Both the position numbers and the translations under genes were made by a program. The notes below the pieces were generated by a model. The model was not told the origin of the DNA, made no database searches, and saw nothing but the letters and a program-made list of their open reading frames with translations. This document shows, piece by piece, positions 1 to 11,500 of a stretch of DNA of 64,000 bases. The stretch spans positions 1 to 64,000 of the forward strand of contig CDMY01000426.1 in NCBI GenBank assembly GCA_001179505.1, read 5' to 3'. Numbering within the stretch: position 1 is the first letter of the stretch; each line of letters starts with the position of its first letter. The DNA is from Vitrella brassicaformis CCMP3155 (Eukaryota > Protista > Chromerida).

Positions 1-229
1 TGATCTGTGAGACAGGACGGCTGTTGAGTCTGTCCGTTCCATGAGACAGGCCATGGCGGACAGGACGTCAGACAGGATGGACTGACGCATACTACATGTC
101 CTACGTGGACTCTCCACAAAAACCACAGACCTTACGTTGCATTGACTTAATCCTTTATCCGGGACTGACCGCCCGGCAGATCCTCTCTTCACCATTCTCC
201 CCGACTCTCTCCCACCTATTCTTACAATA

Positions 230-572
230 ATGATGTCGACGCCTGAGCCAGGACCCGAAGCGTGTAAGTACTGCCCCAATGAAGAACGGACACTCACATG
301 CGTTGCCTTCAAGTTGATGATCTGCACCTACCTGAGTGTGTGCAGCCCCGGAAGAACTGAGAACGTTCATTGCGGAGCTCAAGAATGACAAGAAGAGGCT
401 GACCGAGAGGGTTCTGCATCTCGAGAGGCAGAACAGGCATCTCGAGAACATGCTGAGCGAGATCGAAGACTTCAACGCCACTCTCAAGTCCGCCTATGCC
501 TCGGTCTCGTGGTGGAACGCCGAACTGATTCAGGAGAGGAATGCGAGAAGGAAGAAGGACGCCGCAAGGTAG
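230..572 (+). CDS. Small coiled-coil hypothetical protein (2 exons: 230-263, 346-572); may continue via a donor just before the stop
   Basis: ATG at 230, GTAAGT donor at 264 and TGCAG acceptor ending 345 join in frame to give MMSTPEPGPEASPEELRTFIAELKNDKKRLTERVLHLERQNRHLENML..., a heptad-like pattern. Confidence 0.5.
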
Positions 573-656
573 AGATGAGAAACGTATTATTGAAGAAGCA
601 TGTGCATATGACGACGGGGGGGTGTGCGTGATGATTGACTGATTGATTGATTGCAG

Positions 657-959
657 AACCAAGTGTGCCTCATCGTTGCCATCATTCTCTGCCTTTGTTC
701 GCTCGATTGCTTCTTCGGGGTCGCGTATGGCGTTCCGTGGAAGGAGGGAGAGGAGACCTACAGAGAGTGCTATACAGGCGCCTGCCTCGGTGCCATCATC
801 GGAGCTGCCGTCAACCGCTGCGAGGTCGGACGGTTGTGCTGGAGAGAGGAACTGCCAGCAGGGGTCGGGGGACCTGCGGCTGCCGCTCTTGCGGGACTCT
901 TGACCGGGTCCGTGCACATGGCGGCTCCGCCGCCGCTGAGGACGCGTAGACCCAGCTAG
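657..959 (+). CDS. Possible membrane-segment exon; linkage to neighbouring exons unresolved
   Basis: TTGCAG acceptor at 651-656 is followed by a hydrophobic, Gly-rich frame (LIVAIILCLCSLDCFFGVAYGVPW...LGAIIGAAV...AAAALAGLLTG). The nearest upstream donor has the wrong phase. Confidence 0.25.
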   Translation, partial: NQVCLIVAIILCLCSLDCFFGVAYGVPWKEGEETYRECYTGACLGAIIGAAVNRCEVGRLCWREELPAGVGGPAAAALAGLLTGSVHMAAPPPLRTRRPS

Positions 960-2017
960 ACAGACAAGTGCTTGTTGAACCAAGGATGAGTCCCTTCTTC
1001 ACAGCTGAGGCGATCAGTCAGTCGGTTGCAATTGGTCGTCGGCTGCTGCTCGCAGAGACTAGACGCGCCTCTCTCTACACACAGAGAGCTCGAGGTAAGC
1101 CAAGCGACTGGCTGAGTGACTCACCGACTCACTGAGTGGGTCGTTCTTTCCTTGCTTGTGTGTTTGCTTGTTGTCGCAGGTGGAGGTGTCTCTCAATTGC
1201 AATGCTTGCACTCCCGACGGACGGCCAGAAACCATGGTTGCCGATGGGACGGACGAAAGAGCTAATGGTACAGAGGCCGACAGACAGACAGAGAGACCAA
1301 CCAAGCATGAGAGGCCTCTGATGAAGCTTGTGTGTGTGACTCAGGCCGTGTGTGATGTGGGCGGGGAGTGGGGTCGGGGAGAACGATGATGCGGTGGAGC
1401 ACAGCGCATCGACGGGCAGCAGAACACCCACAGAGGACATCGATGCCACAACAAGCGACGATGTACGATGAATGCATGAACAGAGAGGGCCAAGTGCTCA
1501 ACCTGCTGCGTGTCTGCGTGTCTATTGCCCTTTTAGTCGTGGACTCCGTGCAGCTGGCTCGGCGGGTGGCTGTGTGGGTGTGTGCGTCGCGACGCCTGAC
1601 GTGATCATCAGAGATGCCGAGACAGACAGACAGACAGACAGACGAACCGACAGGTAGAGAGAGAGAGGGAAGGAGGGAGGAAGGAAGAGGCGACGGGCGA
1701 GTGAGACCACTGCATGTATGTGGGTTGCGTGTGAGCGAATGGTGCGGCTAAAAGAGGATTGTGTGGTGGTAGCTGCGAGGCTTCGGTGGACACCGTGAGA
1801 TGAATGACAACCGTCAACACCCATCTGTATGTCAAGTGTGCCACGTATGAAGAATTGAGATTTCACACTGTCCACACGCACCACACAGACATCGATGAAC
1901 AGACAGGTGAACTCGTGTGTGCCCCAACAGCATCAGCTACCTGACGGCCACGATAGACAGACAGACACCCAAAGATCTACACGTCCATGTGAGCATGCAG
2001 TCCCCCTCCCTCCTTCC

Positions 2018-5000
2018 TTACGTCCGGCGGCGGGAAACCTCGACCAGCGACCAGAGGGGGTCGGTCATCCATTCGCTGGTAGCCAGGGTCGTGTCCCTTA
2101 TCTTGTTGACGGCGGCCAGGAACTCTACCCCGTCTCGCATGCAGACCATGATGACCACCTCGTTTGTCGACCGCACAAACTGCTGCAGCATCGTGTCCAT
2201 CTGCTCCCACGCAATGGCCTCGGCGAGCTCTGAGTAATATACACATAGAGGGAGACAGAGACAGAGACATTGTAATTCGTCAATTGATGGGCTAGTTGCG
2301 TCTGTCTCGTTTGCTTACGCTCGCGAAGGATGATGCGAAGGGATTCGGTCTTGGGCAGCTGGCCCCCAGCGCTCGCCCGCGCCCACTCATCCAGCCCGCC
2401 CACATTCCCACCCGCCACGCCCACTATCTGCACCACCCTGAGCACTGTCCCGCCGCCGCGCATGGCACTCATCATCTGCAGGGCATCCGACCCCTGCACG
2501 CCATCCGCCCACACAGTAGACCGCGCCGCCATGCGGATCTTGCCCGCCGTCAGCAGCCGGATGGCCGCCGCACAGCCGAACGAACCGCCTACGCTCAGCC
2601 AGCTGAGTGCATTCGGGAATGCCGATGGGGCGATGTGGTCGATGACCGACCACACGGGGGAATTTGTTGCGGGAGCTGGACTGAATGGGATGCCGAGGGG
2701 AAGGTGTTGCTCGATGGACAACTTTTCTGTCGCCTTGCTGAAGACGATGCTCTCTGCTAGTGCCTGCTGGTCGGGTGTGAGGGGAGTCGGGTGCTCGATG
2801 TAGGTCACGTCCGGCGCCCACATGACAATGGTGGCGTGCGAGGCGAGCTGCCGCAGCATGGCCTTCATCAGGGGGGAGGGGGCGGGGATGCGATGCAGCA
2901 GCGACATGTCGAAGCAGAGGCTGCCCCGGGCCGCAAAGCTGACCGACAGCTCGGCCGCCGTGGGAAGGCCGAATGGGGGAATTGCGGCAGGGAGGAATCC
3001 TTCGATGGCCCGGAGGGTGGGCAGGGTAACCTTGGTGCCCGATCGGCAAATGAAGCCAAGATGCTGCAGCTTCGAGCAGCCCCGCGACTTGAGCGCGTCC
3101 TACAAAGACAGCGGTAAGACACAGGCAGCGACATGACGGATATCTCTCTTGTGCTCTTTGCGCCTCACCCGAAGTCTGTCGATGCTTTGTGCGTCAGCAT
3201 CCCACCCGCCCCGCACCAAACCGAGGCCACGGATGTGCCGCAGACGCGCGAGCTTGGATGACCCCTCGCCTGGGAATCCCTCGATCACACCAGCTACATC
3301 GCCAACACCAGTGCCGCCAACATCTAAGGACTCCAGCCGATCGGACGTGCCGCAGAACGCCCCAAACGACCCCTCAGCCCCCCTGAAGTGCTCGAGAGCC
3401 GGCATGCGCCACCGTCGAGTGTCGAACAGGTGACGGTGGTCCTGGGCGGCACCCTTGATGGACTTTAGGGACGGGAGGGTGAAGGAGGGGAGGAGGAGGA
3501 TGGGCGAAGGAGGTGTGTGGGGGGCCGTTCGGGGAAGGCTGGCGCGCTGGACCTCGCTGTCGACAAAAGTGAGTTCCTCGATCCCTCCACCCTGCCATCC
3601 GGTCTTCCTCCTCTCCTCCACGCCGCGCGAGTGCCCCTCGATGAATGACGACCAGTCGCCCATCCACCAGTGAGGGGAGTGGTGGGGGTGCCGCACCACC
3701 ACGGTCTTGAGGTTGATGGCACACTTGCCGATCTCGAATGCGGCGGCGGGGGGCACCGACTCCCACTCGTCGTGGCATCTGAAGTCGAAGACTATGCGGT
3801 CGCAGTGGGGGGCGGCGGCCTTGGCGAGCTGCCAGAAGGAGTGCATATGGTCAGCATGTGGCCGCTGGCGTCCACGTTGCCGTACACACGATCTGCCGCC
3901 TGCACAGATACCACACACATGCAGGGAAGGGACAGGTGAAGAAGTGGGATTCGCTGCATGGTGTTTTGCGTGCAGTGGTGTGTGCGCACCGGTGGCTCGG
4001 GGAATGGCTGTTTGCCGCTGAGTTTGACGAGCCGGTACGACGATGCTCGGCCATCCTGGCACACCATACAACACAGATAAACACGGGTGTGAGAGGTCTT
4101 GTTGGCCTCTCCCACGCCCACAGGCCGCATACCTGTGCTGATGCTGATGCAGGGATCTGGGTCATGGGCAGGAGGGTGTTGGCCGCACTCAACAGCGACG
4201 CCTCTGCAGCCTTCACCTTCTCGGCCGCCTGACGAAGACGCTCCGCTGCAGAACCGCCGTCATCCTCCTGGACACAGAAAGGTTAAGGAGAGGAGAGGAT
4301 GTATGTGTGCAGCTGTGTGTGACCTGTGCTGCTTTGACTGTATGCACCTGGCCAGCGTGTTCATTGTTGTGCCTTTGAATGGGCGTTTCGCACTCCGACT
4401 TGAGAGCTCGAGAGTGCTCAGCCTGCAGAACTCGCCCAGCCCAACTAATCTGCAGTGACAGGAGAAAGAGAGAAGATGCGATCTCTGTGGTGGTGAGGTC
4501 TGGTGCGGCCAGCTCACCTGTTCAATGTGTGTCCTGAGAGACTCTACCACCTCCTCCACACTGCCATCCACCGCCACCTCGTCACCCACATCAGCCCCGT
4601 GCCCGACAGACTCCCCCCTGCCGCCACTTCCCTTCGGCCGCAACAACGCACCCGCTGCCGTCACACTCGACCCGAACACGCCGAGACTCTGCGGCGGCAA
4701 GGGGGGACGGTTGGCGAAGCCGAGCTGCCGATTCGAGGTCATGGGATTGTAGATCGGGTGTGGATGGATTTGTACTGCGGAGGGAGGGAGGAGGGGAGCC
4801 GGAGGGATGTGCGATGGAACGCCGGGGTGCAGGTGGTGGTGCAGGTGATGCGGGTGAGGGCGGCCATACACGGGTGATGTGGCGGGCGGTGTGGGGACGA
4901 AGAATGCTGGGAACGCTGAAATGAATGAAATACAAGAAGCATCCGTCCGACGTGTTCAATCGATGTGTGTGTTGATGTTCCTGGCTCGCCTGTCGGGGCA

Positions 5001-5074
5001 TTGTGCCTTCCGGCTGTCGTCCCACGGGACGACGGGCCAACAGATGCATCGTCGTGCGACCGTCCTGGATCCAT
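2018..5074 (-). pseudogene. Lineage-expanded F-box-like/solenoid family member A; 1-nt frameshift in the F-box-like segment (~3845-3875)
   Basis: Exon chain from ATG 5074 (GC-AG intron 4989-4916) to stop 2018. Shares family motifs with the loci at 5.5, 40-43 and 52-54 kb (SYRLVKLSGKQP, W..FIEGH.RG, RW.MP.LE, DRLR|intron|.AL.SRGC). The exon starting at 3899 must change frame to reach SFWQLAKAAAPHCDRIVFD. Confidence 0.7.
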
Positions 5075-5183
5075 TTGGCCAATCAGCTTCCAGAGATCTC
5101 GATGCCGCTACCAAACCACCTGGTTACACGCGGCGCGAGGCCCTTTTTGTGGCAGTTTTGCGTGAGAAAAAACCATCGCTACC

Positions 5184-5229
5184 AAACCCTGCAGATTTAC
5201 ACGACAAACCCTCAAACCCTTGGAACCCT
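5184..5229 (+). promoter_or_regulatory. Cluster of AAACCCT (telo-box / TTTAGGG-telomere-like) motifs in the divergent promoter of family members A and B
   Basis: AAACCCT at 5184, 5206 and 5214, plus AACCCT at 5224. A regulatory role is inferred only. Confidence 0.3.
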
Positions 5230-5312
5230 GCTGTCTTTTTGTGTCCTTGCACATACATTCGATGGAATTGCTTGTGGCTATCCAGCCCGACTGATTCATC
5301 GCTCCATTCCAT

Positions 5313-8138
5313 CGATCTACGTAGCCCTCGCTAATGGAATGCACCATATTCCTTGTCATATTGGCGAACCGATGAACCACCGATGAACGACACAAGTAAG
5401 TGTGCGCGGAGGAAGGATAAATAGCGGAGCATCCATCACAAGCATTCTTTCTCATGTTGGAGGTGCTTTGTTCAACGGCGTCGACATGTCTGTTCCTTCA
5501 TCCGCAGCCAAGTCCGCTGTTCGCTTCATTGGGTGATGGACGACCATGTCTGATGCTGCAACTGCCGATGACGGCCGTCAGGTGAGGCTGCATTGCTGCA
5601 AAATAAATTGACGCCCTGCAATGTTGTGTGTTGGATCATCGGCCACTCGTTTGTGTGTATCGTTGCAGGCCAATCGAGGCCGCACCGCCGAGCCGTCATC
5701 TTCTGCTGCTGGTACTCCTGGTGCTGCGAGCGATGAGGAGCGGCGACGGGCACAGAGAGAGGAGAGGGAGAGGGAACTGAGGCAGCAGATCTCAGACGCG
5801 GTGAGGAAATCACGCAGACACAATGGGGACGGAGGAAGGCTCACTGTCGCTCTTTCTGGTCGTTTTGTGCAGCCGGGTCTGCTCACCTGCATCACGGCCT
5901 TCCTCCCCCTCTGTCTACTCGTCCAGCTGTCCGGCAAGACCTGGAAGCACTCACTGCCGAAGCATCACACCGTCACCATCGACAGCAGTCGCGCTGCCGA
6001 GCGGCGCATCTGGCAGCGTGTCCCTCTAGATCTGGTCACCAAATGGGCGGTCCGGCTCACACGACTGACAGCTATCGTCTTGCGCTATCCCATGGACGCC
6101 GCCCTCTGGTGCATCGACATCTTCATCGCCATGATCGAGGGGCACGTTGCCGGCCGCCGGGCAGCCAGCATGCAGGGCGGTACGCTGAGGACAATCCAAT
6201 TATTGGAGGGCTACCAGCTAAGCAGGAGGGAGATGTGGTCACTGCAGCGAGGCAACCCGCCCCTCCCGTCACTCCTGCAGCCACCGCCTTCCCTTAATGC
6301 CCTCGAGACTGTCAGCGGCGTGACTTTAGCTCATTCCGGCCTGGCCAACAGAGGCTGGCTGATGCCGTCACTCGAGCGCCGTGCCCAGGAGGGGTGGGGT
6401 GCGAGTCATGTGGGGAGGTTCATCGGCTCGTCCCAGTCGCTGCGGCGTGTGGATGGGATATTTGAGGGTGACGAGTGGGCGGGGGTGTTTGAGCGCATGC
6501 CGGTGGCAGTGGCCGGGCAGCCGGGGCCTCTGGCACGTCTGGAACGCATCGGCACGGTCGTCCTCAGCGCCAATTCTAACGCTGCTCGCGCTGCAGCGGT
6601 AGACCGACTCCGGGTAATCTACCGACACATGTGAAGGATGATGCATGTGTTGCTCTTCTATGGCCTCTCTCTCTCGCTCATGTGTGCCTTTCAGGCAGCG
6701 CTGTGGTCGCGTGGATGCCGTCGATCGCTCACCGAGCTGACACTGCAGATGGGCTTCCGAGTCGGTCGACAGCAGTGTTCTTCCCCTCATGCAGTCGGTG
6801 GAGTCGCTGCACAGGGCATGCTGCCGACCCGACACCCTAGTCACATTACAGAGCTCGCGTGTCGGTAATTTCGAGTTGTCCCTCTTCTACAGCGACGATT
6901 TCCCCCCCAATCCTTCGACCCTCTTCAAGACCATCATGCGGCAGCTTGCGCGGCGAGCGAAGGGCGTGGTGTACACCATCACTCAGCATGACCTCACGCA
7001 CCCCGTCGACAGCCCCAGCGATGCGGCCGTCGACGTCGCATCCAGCCTCTCATTCGATCGGGCTAAGAAGGTGTCTGTGCAGGCCAACATCAACCCACCG
7101 CCACCCCACACCCCCTCGCCCCAGCCCACCATCATCGAGCACCTGCAGCCATTCCCGCAGGCCGATACGCTGCGAATCCACGGCAGGTTGAATGCGAGTG
7201 CCGGCCGTCTTCTGGCTGACAAGTTGGCCAACCAGGTGGCCGAGGTCGTCACCGTGAGGGTGCCTGCCGCTGATGCGCTGGGCGTCTTGGGGGGGCTGGG
7301 GGGAGGGAGGGTTGTGCGGCAGGTGGCGATTGATCTAGGGGAGCTGGGGACGGACGAGATCGTGGTTCCTGCTGCCGGCCTGACCAATCTGCCGAGGATA
7401 GACAAACTGTGTTTCAGTTGCTTAGCGCCTGGTAAGCCAAGACAATCGTGCGATCCATCCTTCTTGTCCATTGCCGTCTCGTCTACTTGTGTGTTCAGTG
7501 CCTGTGGAGGATGCTGGCAGTCGCATCCGTGCCGCCTTCACATCCGCCCTCCTGTCGGCCCTCTTCGACCACATCCCCGGGTTGCAGAGTGTGGCCTTGT
7601 CGGTCGCCTGGAGTGTCCCAGATGACCTGGTGGCATCCATGCGTGCAGCCTTCACTGACGGCTGGACGATCGGGCGCTTCCCGGTGACAATGGCGCGAGG
7701 CACGTCTTACGTCAGGTACGATAAAGGCGGGTCTGCCTGTCAATGCGTACGCGCGCGCGCGCGCGTGGTCAGATTAATCGTGTTTGCGAGTGGCGGTTGA
7801 TTGGAGCTGACCAGAGAGGGCGGACAACGACACTGCTTGATTGAGGCGGCTGTGTGGGTGGGTGTACATAGAAAGTGGCGGGCAGAGACGCGGCGACCAA
7901 CACCGCCCATCAGGCACTCACTGCAGTGCATAGACACGGTGTGTTGCGTGGAGTGTGGGTCGGTTGCTGCTGCCTGGCCTGCCTGCCGCGTTGATGCGTA
8001 GACGACAGACATGATGGTGGTGCTGATGTGTTCATTGATCAATTCATTGAATGGTACGTTAGCGAGTGGTGGTGTTCAATCGGTGCATCCCCTCGGCTGA
8101 GCATCACATGAAGTCGCATCAATGTCATGTCACGACAC
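5313..8138 (+). repeat. Left copy of a ~2.9-kb inverted segmental duplication (partner 51443-54347)
   Basis: Reverse-complement similarity runs across 5' flank, exons, introns and 3' flank, e.g. ACCGATGAACGACACAAGTAAGTGTGCGCGG near 5379 versus its reverse complement near 54261-54291. Confidence 0.9.
5546..7800 (+). pseudogene. F-box-like/solenoid family member B; +1 frameshift (extra C at 6757-6758)
   Basis: Exons: 5546-5581, 5669-5800, 5873-6613, 6695 to ~7432, and ~7499-7800. F-box-like LLTCITAFLPLCLLVQLSGKTW. Removing one C from GGCTTCCGAG gives GFESVDSSVLPLMQ, matching paralog D (GFYSVYSSVLPLMQ). Confidence 0.8.
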
Positions 8139-8598
8139 GCGTCGATCATGCAGACATGTTAATGACACGTCTTCTACTCACACAGCTAAAACACCCACCA
8201 GACAAAAAAAAGGCCTCCAGGCGATCAAGCCAGCGATACGAAGCGGCCAAAGTAACTGTTCTGCAGCATAGCCGCGTGTATGATATGCGCACCCATCACA
8301 TACTACACAACACCCGATTGAGCGAGTCGCAGTCAGGAGCGAGGTCGCGTGTCATCATTGACTTACTGACGCACAGGTCTTCCGTGAGTGCAATGCCAGG
8401 CAGTCCTCGCACGCGTAAACACACGCACAGAGACAAATTCAATGCACTGCATGGCTGGGCCGTCAGTCAGTAAGTCAGTCGACGTACGTACGCAAATAGT
8501 ACGTTAGTACACAGTCAGTCCATCAAGAATGAATGCCGTCAGTACAGACAAGACAGAGATAGACACACACCTACTGACATCCATCGCATCGCATCGCA

Positions 8599-11500
8599 TC
8601 AGTCTTCTGATGACAGTATTGTCACAAAGCTCAGCAGCAGCTCTCCCATCTCATCATAATTATCATGGCCCACATCAGTAACATCAGTAACATTACGGCT
8701 CATTTTGGCACTGGCACCACCATCAGCAGCAGCAGACAGGAACCGCCCTCCATCCCCATCCTCATCCCCACTCNNNNNNNNNNNNNNNNNNNNNNNNNNN
8801 NNNNNNNNNNNNNNNNNNNNNNNNNNNNNNNNNNNNNNNNNNNNNNNNNNNNNNNNNNNNNNNNNNNNNNNNNNNNNNNNNNNNNNNNNNNNNNNNNNNN
8901 NNNNNNNNNNNNNNNNNNNNNNNNNNNNNNNNNNNNNNNNNNNNNNNNNNNNNNNNNNNNNNNNNNNNNNNNNNNNNNNNNNNNNNNNNNNNNNNNNNNN
9001 NNNNNNNNNNNNNNNNNNNNNNNNNNNNNNNNNNNNNNNNNNNNNNNNNNNNNNNNNNNNNNNNNNNNNNNNNCCCCCCCCCCCCCCGTCAGCACGCGAC
9101 ATAATCACATCTGCTTCGACACACGTGTGGCCATCGCCCCCTTTGGTCAAGCCCTTGAGCGACAGATAGGCAGCCACTTGAACGGGGCGGCTTTGCCACA
9201 GCTCACGCAGCACACCCATTGCGGCGAGGGCCTTGGGCACACACAGCTGGCCCTCTTTGCACACCTCCTTGCCGCCGCATTTGGCCTTGGCCTTGTCTGT
9301 CTTGTCCTTTTTCTCGGCCTTCTTGAGACCCTTCCACGTGGTTGAGTACCGAGGGTTGACCTGACAGACGGACGGACGGATACACAGCGCACAGAGACGG
9401 GATGAGCAGCGTGTGTTTGTCTATCGCTCGGTGTCTGTCTGAGTGTCTGTGCTTGCCTTGTCCCACAGGTTGCAGAACTCCCTCTTGTAGCCCGGCCGTG
9501 TCTCGGCTCTCGGGCTGTCCGGCGGCAGGTCCGCATCGAGGATCGACAGTGCCTGCCACGGATCATCGCCCTTGGTGCTGAACGACACGCACGCGAATCA
9601 GTGTGCCGGCAGAAGTCGTCCGTACGTCCTCTGCTGACCTGAATACGTATTGCGGCCATTGAGGGACGTCAATCAAGCCGACATTGGGATCATCACTTGC
9701 GATGAAGTTGCGCACATAGGAGTAGAGGGTCGTCCTAGCCTGCCGCTCGTCAGGCGTGAAGGTGAACTGGCCCTCCAGGATGCCGAACCCCGACGTGAGA
9801 AAGAAGACCCCGCTTCTGAGGACCCATGGGAGCTCTTCCAGGTGACAGCGGACACCGTCAGTATCGCAGAACTGGCCGATCGTGAGGCCGTAAGAGGCCG
9901 CGGGGTTCAAAGGGTTCTCCACGAGGATCTGCGGCGCCTCGCTCGAGCTCCATCTACAGACACACACACACACACACACATGACAGACGCACACATGAGG
10001 TAGGCAAGCGGGACATTTTGTGTCCCATCCACTGATCCACTCATCCACTCACCCAGCCACGTAATAGGCGAGGAAGCACTTCTTCAGACTGCCACACAGG
10101 CCGCGAGCAGGGCCTGCAAACAGTCGACCCCGAAACACTCAGCCGTGATACCCACACGATAATATGCTCACTTACTCACATGAGAACACGTAGTCGCCGA
10201 TCGCGGACGAGAGCGAGCTACCGGCATCGGCGCTCTCGGGGAATTCACCCCGGTTTGCTGGCTCCCCTGGGTAGACGTCGTCGCCATTCCATGGGTACTT
10301 TGACAAGACGGCCAGGGCCTTAGGGAGTCCCAGCAGCACCTCCAGTATCGAGCTATAGCTGATGGAAGACACATCGACAAACGGCCATGGTGGAGAGGGA
10401 TGAGTGGACAACACAGCCTCTCTCTCTGTGTGCGCTGCGCTGTGCTATGCTGTGCGTACGTGAGGGGGTTGGCCACAAGTGGTGTGGTGTCGAACTGGCC
10501 GATGTACTGTGTGACTTCGTCGGCGGAGGCCAGGGCCGTGCGCCGGTAGAGGGTGCCCTCATTGTTGTTCGTCGTCACAATGAACGGAATGCTCTCGTTG
10601 TACTTGCCCTGTCACACGCACGAACATACACACACACACACACAGAGAGAAAGAGAGGGCGACGCAAATCTGGACACATGGATGGCTTCTTCCCAGCTCA
10701 CGTCGAGAAGTGCCTGAAAACACTCATCGGGTATCTCCGGCGTCCCAGGCGTAGGCGTGACATTTTCCGTCACCCTGAAGAAGTCATCCGCCACCTGGAC
10801 GGCATACACCAGCTCATCCGCCTTGCGAATCTCCTCGATCGGAGCCCTCCGCAAACACGCGACGTATTCTTGGCCGTCGGTGAAGTCCTTGCGCTTGCAC
10901 GACTTGATGGCTTTCAGCGCCACCTTGACCACCTTCTTCGCATCCTCTTGAGGGATGAGTGGTAGGCCCCAGCTGCCAGACGACAGGAGGACCCTCCGTA
11001 TGTCGAGGCCGTTCTGAGCAGTGGTGGGCGAGGTAAGGTGACAGGCCGCCAGCTTGGCGCCGTTGCTGAAGCCCCACAGCGTCAGGCCCGGCTCAGACCG
11101 GCCGCCTGTGAAGTTCTGCAAACACAAACATGCACGCGTGAAATGGATTCCTTTCGTGCCATATGCCTCTGTCCTCCTCACCCCGACGGTCTGTTGTATG
11201 AACTTCAGCGCAGCGACAGAATCCATCTGAGAGAGGAGCCGCCGGCCGTCATGAGGCAGGGAGGGAGCGAACAATGGTTGGGTCACTTACAAAGCCATAG
11301 TTGCCTGGCAGCAGGATCTCTGAGGCGTCGCCCTTCTTGCCGCCGCCTTTCTTGTGGCTCTCTTTTGGATCCGTCTTGTCCTTGTCCTTGTCTTTGTCCT
11401 TGTCTGGCTTCTTCTTGTGATGATGATGTTCCTTGTCTCTGACAGGCGGCAGAAAGCCCAGGACCCCCAGTCGATACTCATAAGTGACCACTACAGAGCC

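Noticed and set aside
1-100. Four GACAGG hexamers at the window start
   Set aside because: Irregular spacing, no terminal inverted repeat or TSD, and GACA-rich simple sequence is everywhere in this window.
1040-1700. Spliceable fragments (GTAAGC donor near 1096, TCGCAG acceptor near 1180)
   Set aside because: Could not assemble a consistent ORF or recognise a domain; not called.
7749-7764. (CG)n run with Z-DNA potential
   Set aside because: Short microsatellite expansion within a pseudogene 3' end; the paralog has CA/TG here. No evidence of function.
5313-8138. Duplicated unit as a transposon
   Set aside because: No transposase, RT, LTR, TIR, poly-A or TSD; introns are retained, so it is not a retrocopy.
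8066-8473. 135-aa ORF on the plus strand
   Set aside because: Non-ATG start, no domain, lies in intergenic simple-sequence DNA.
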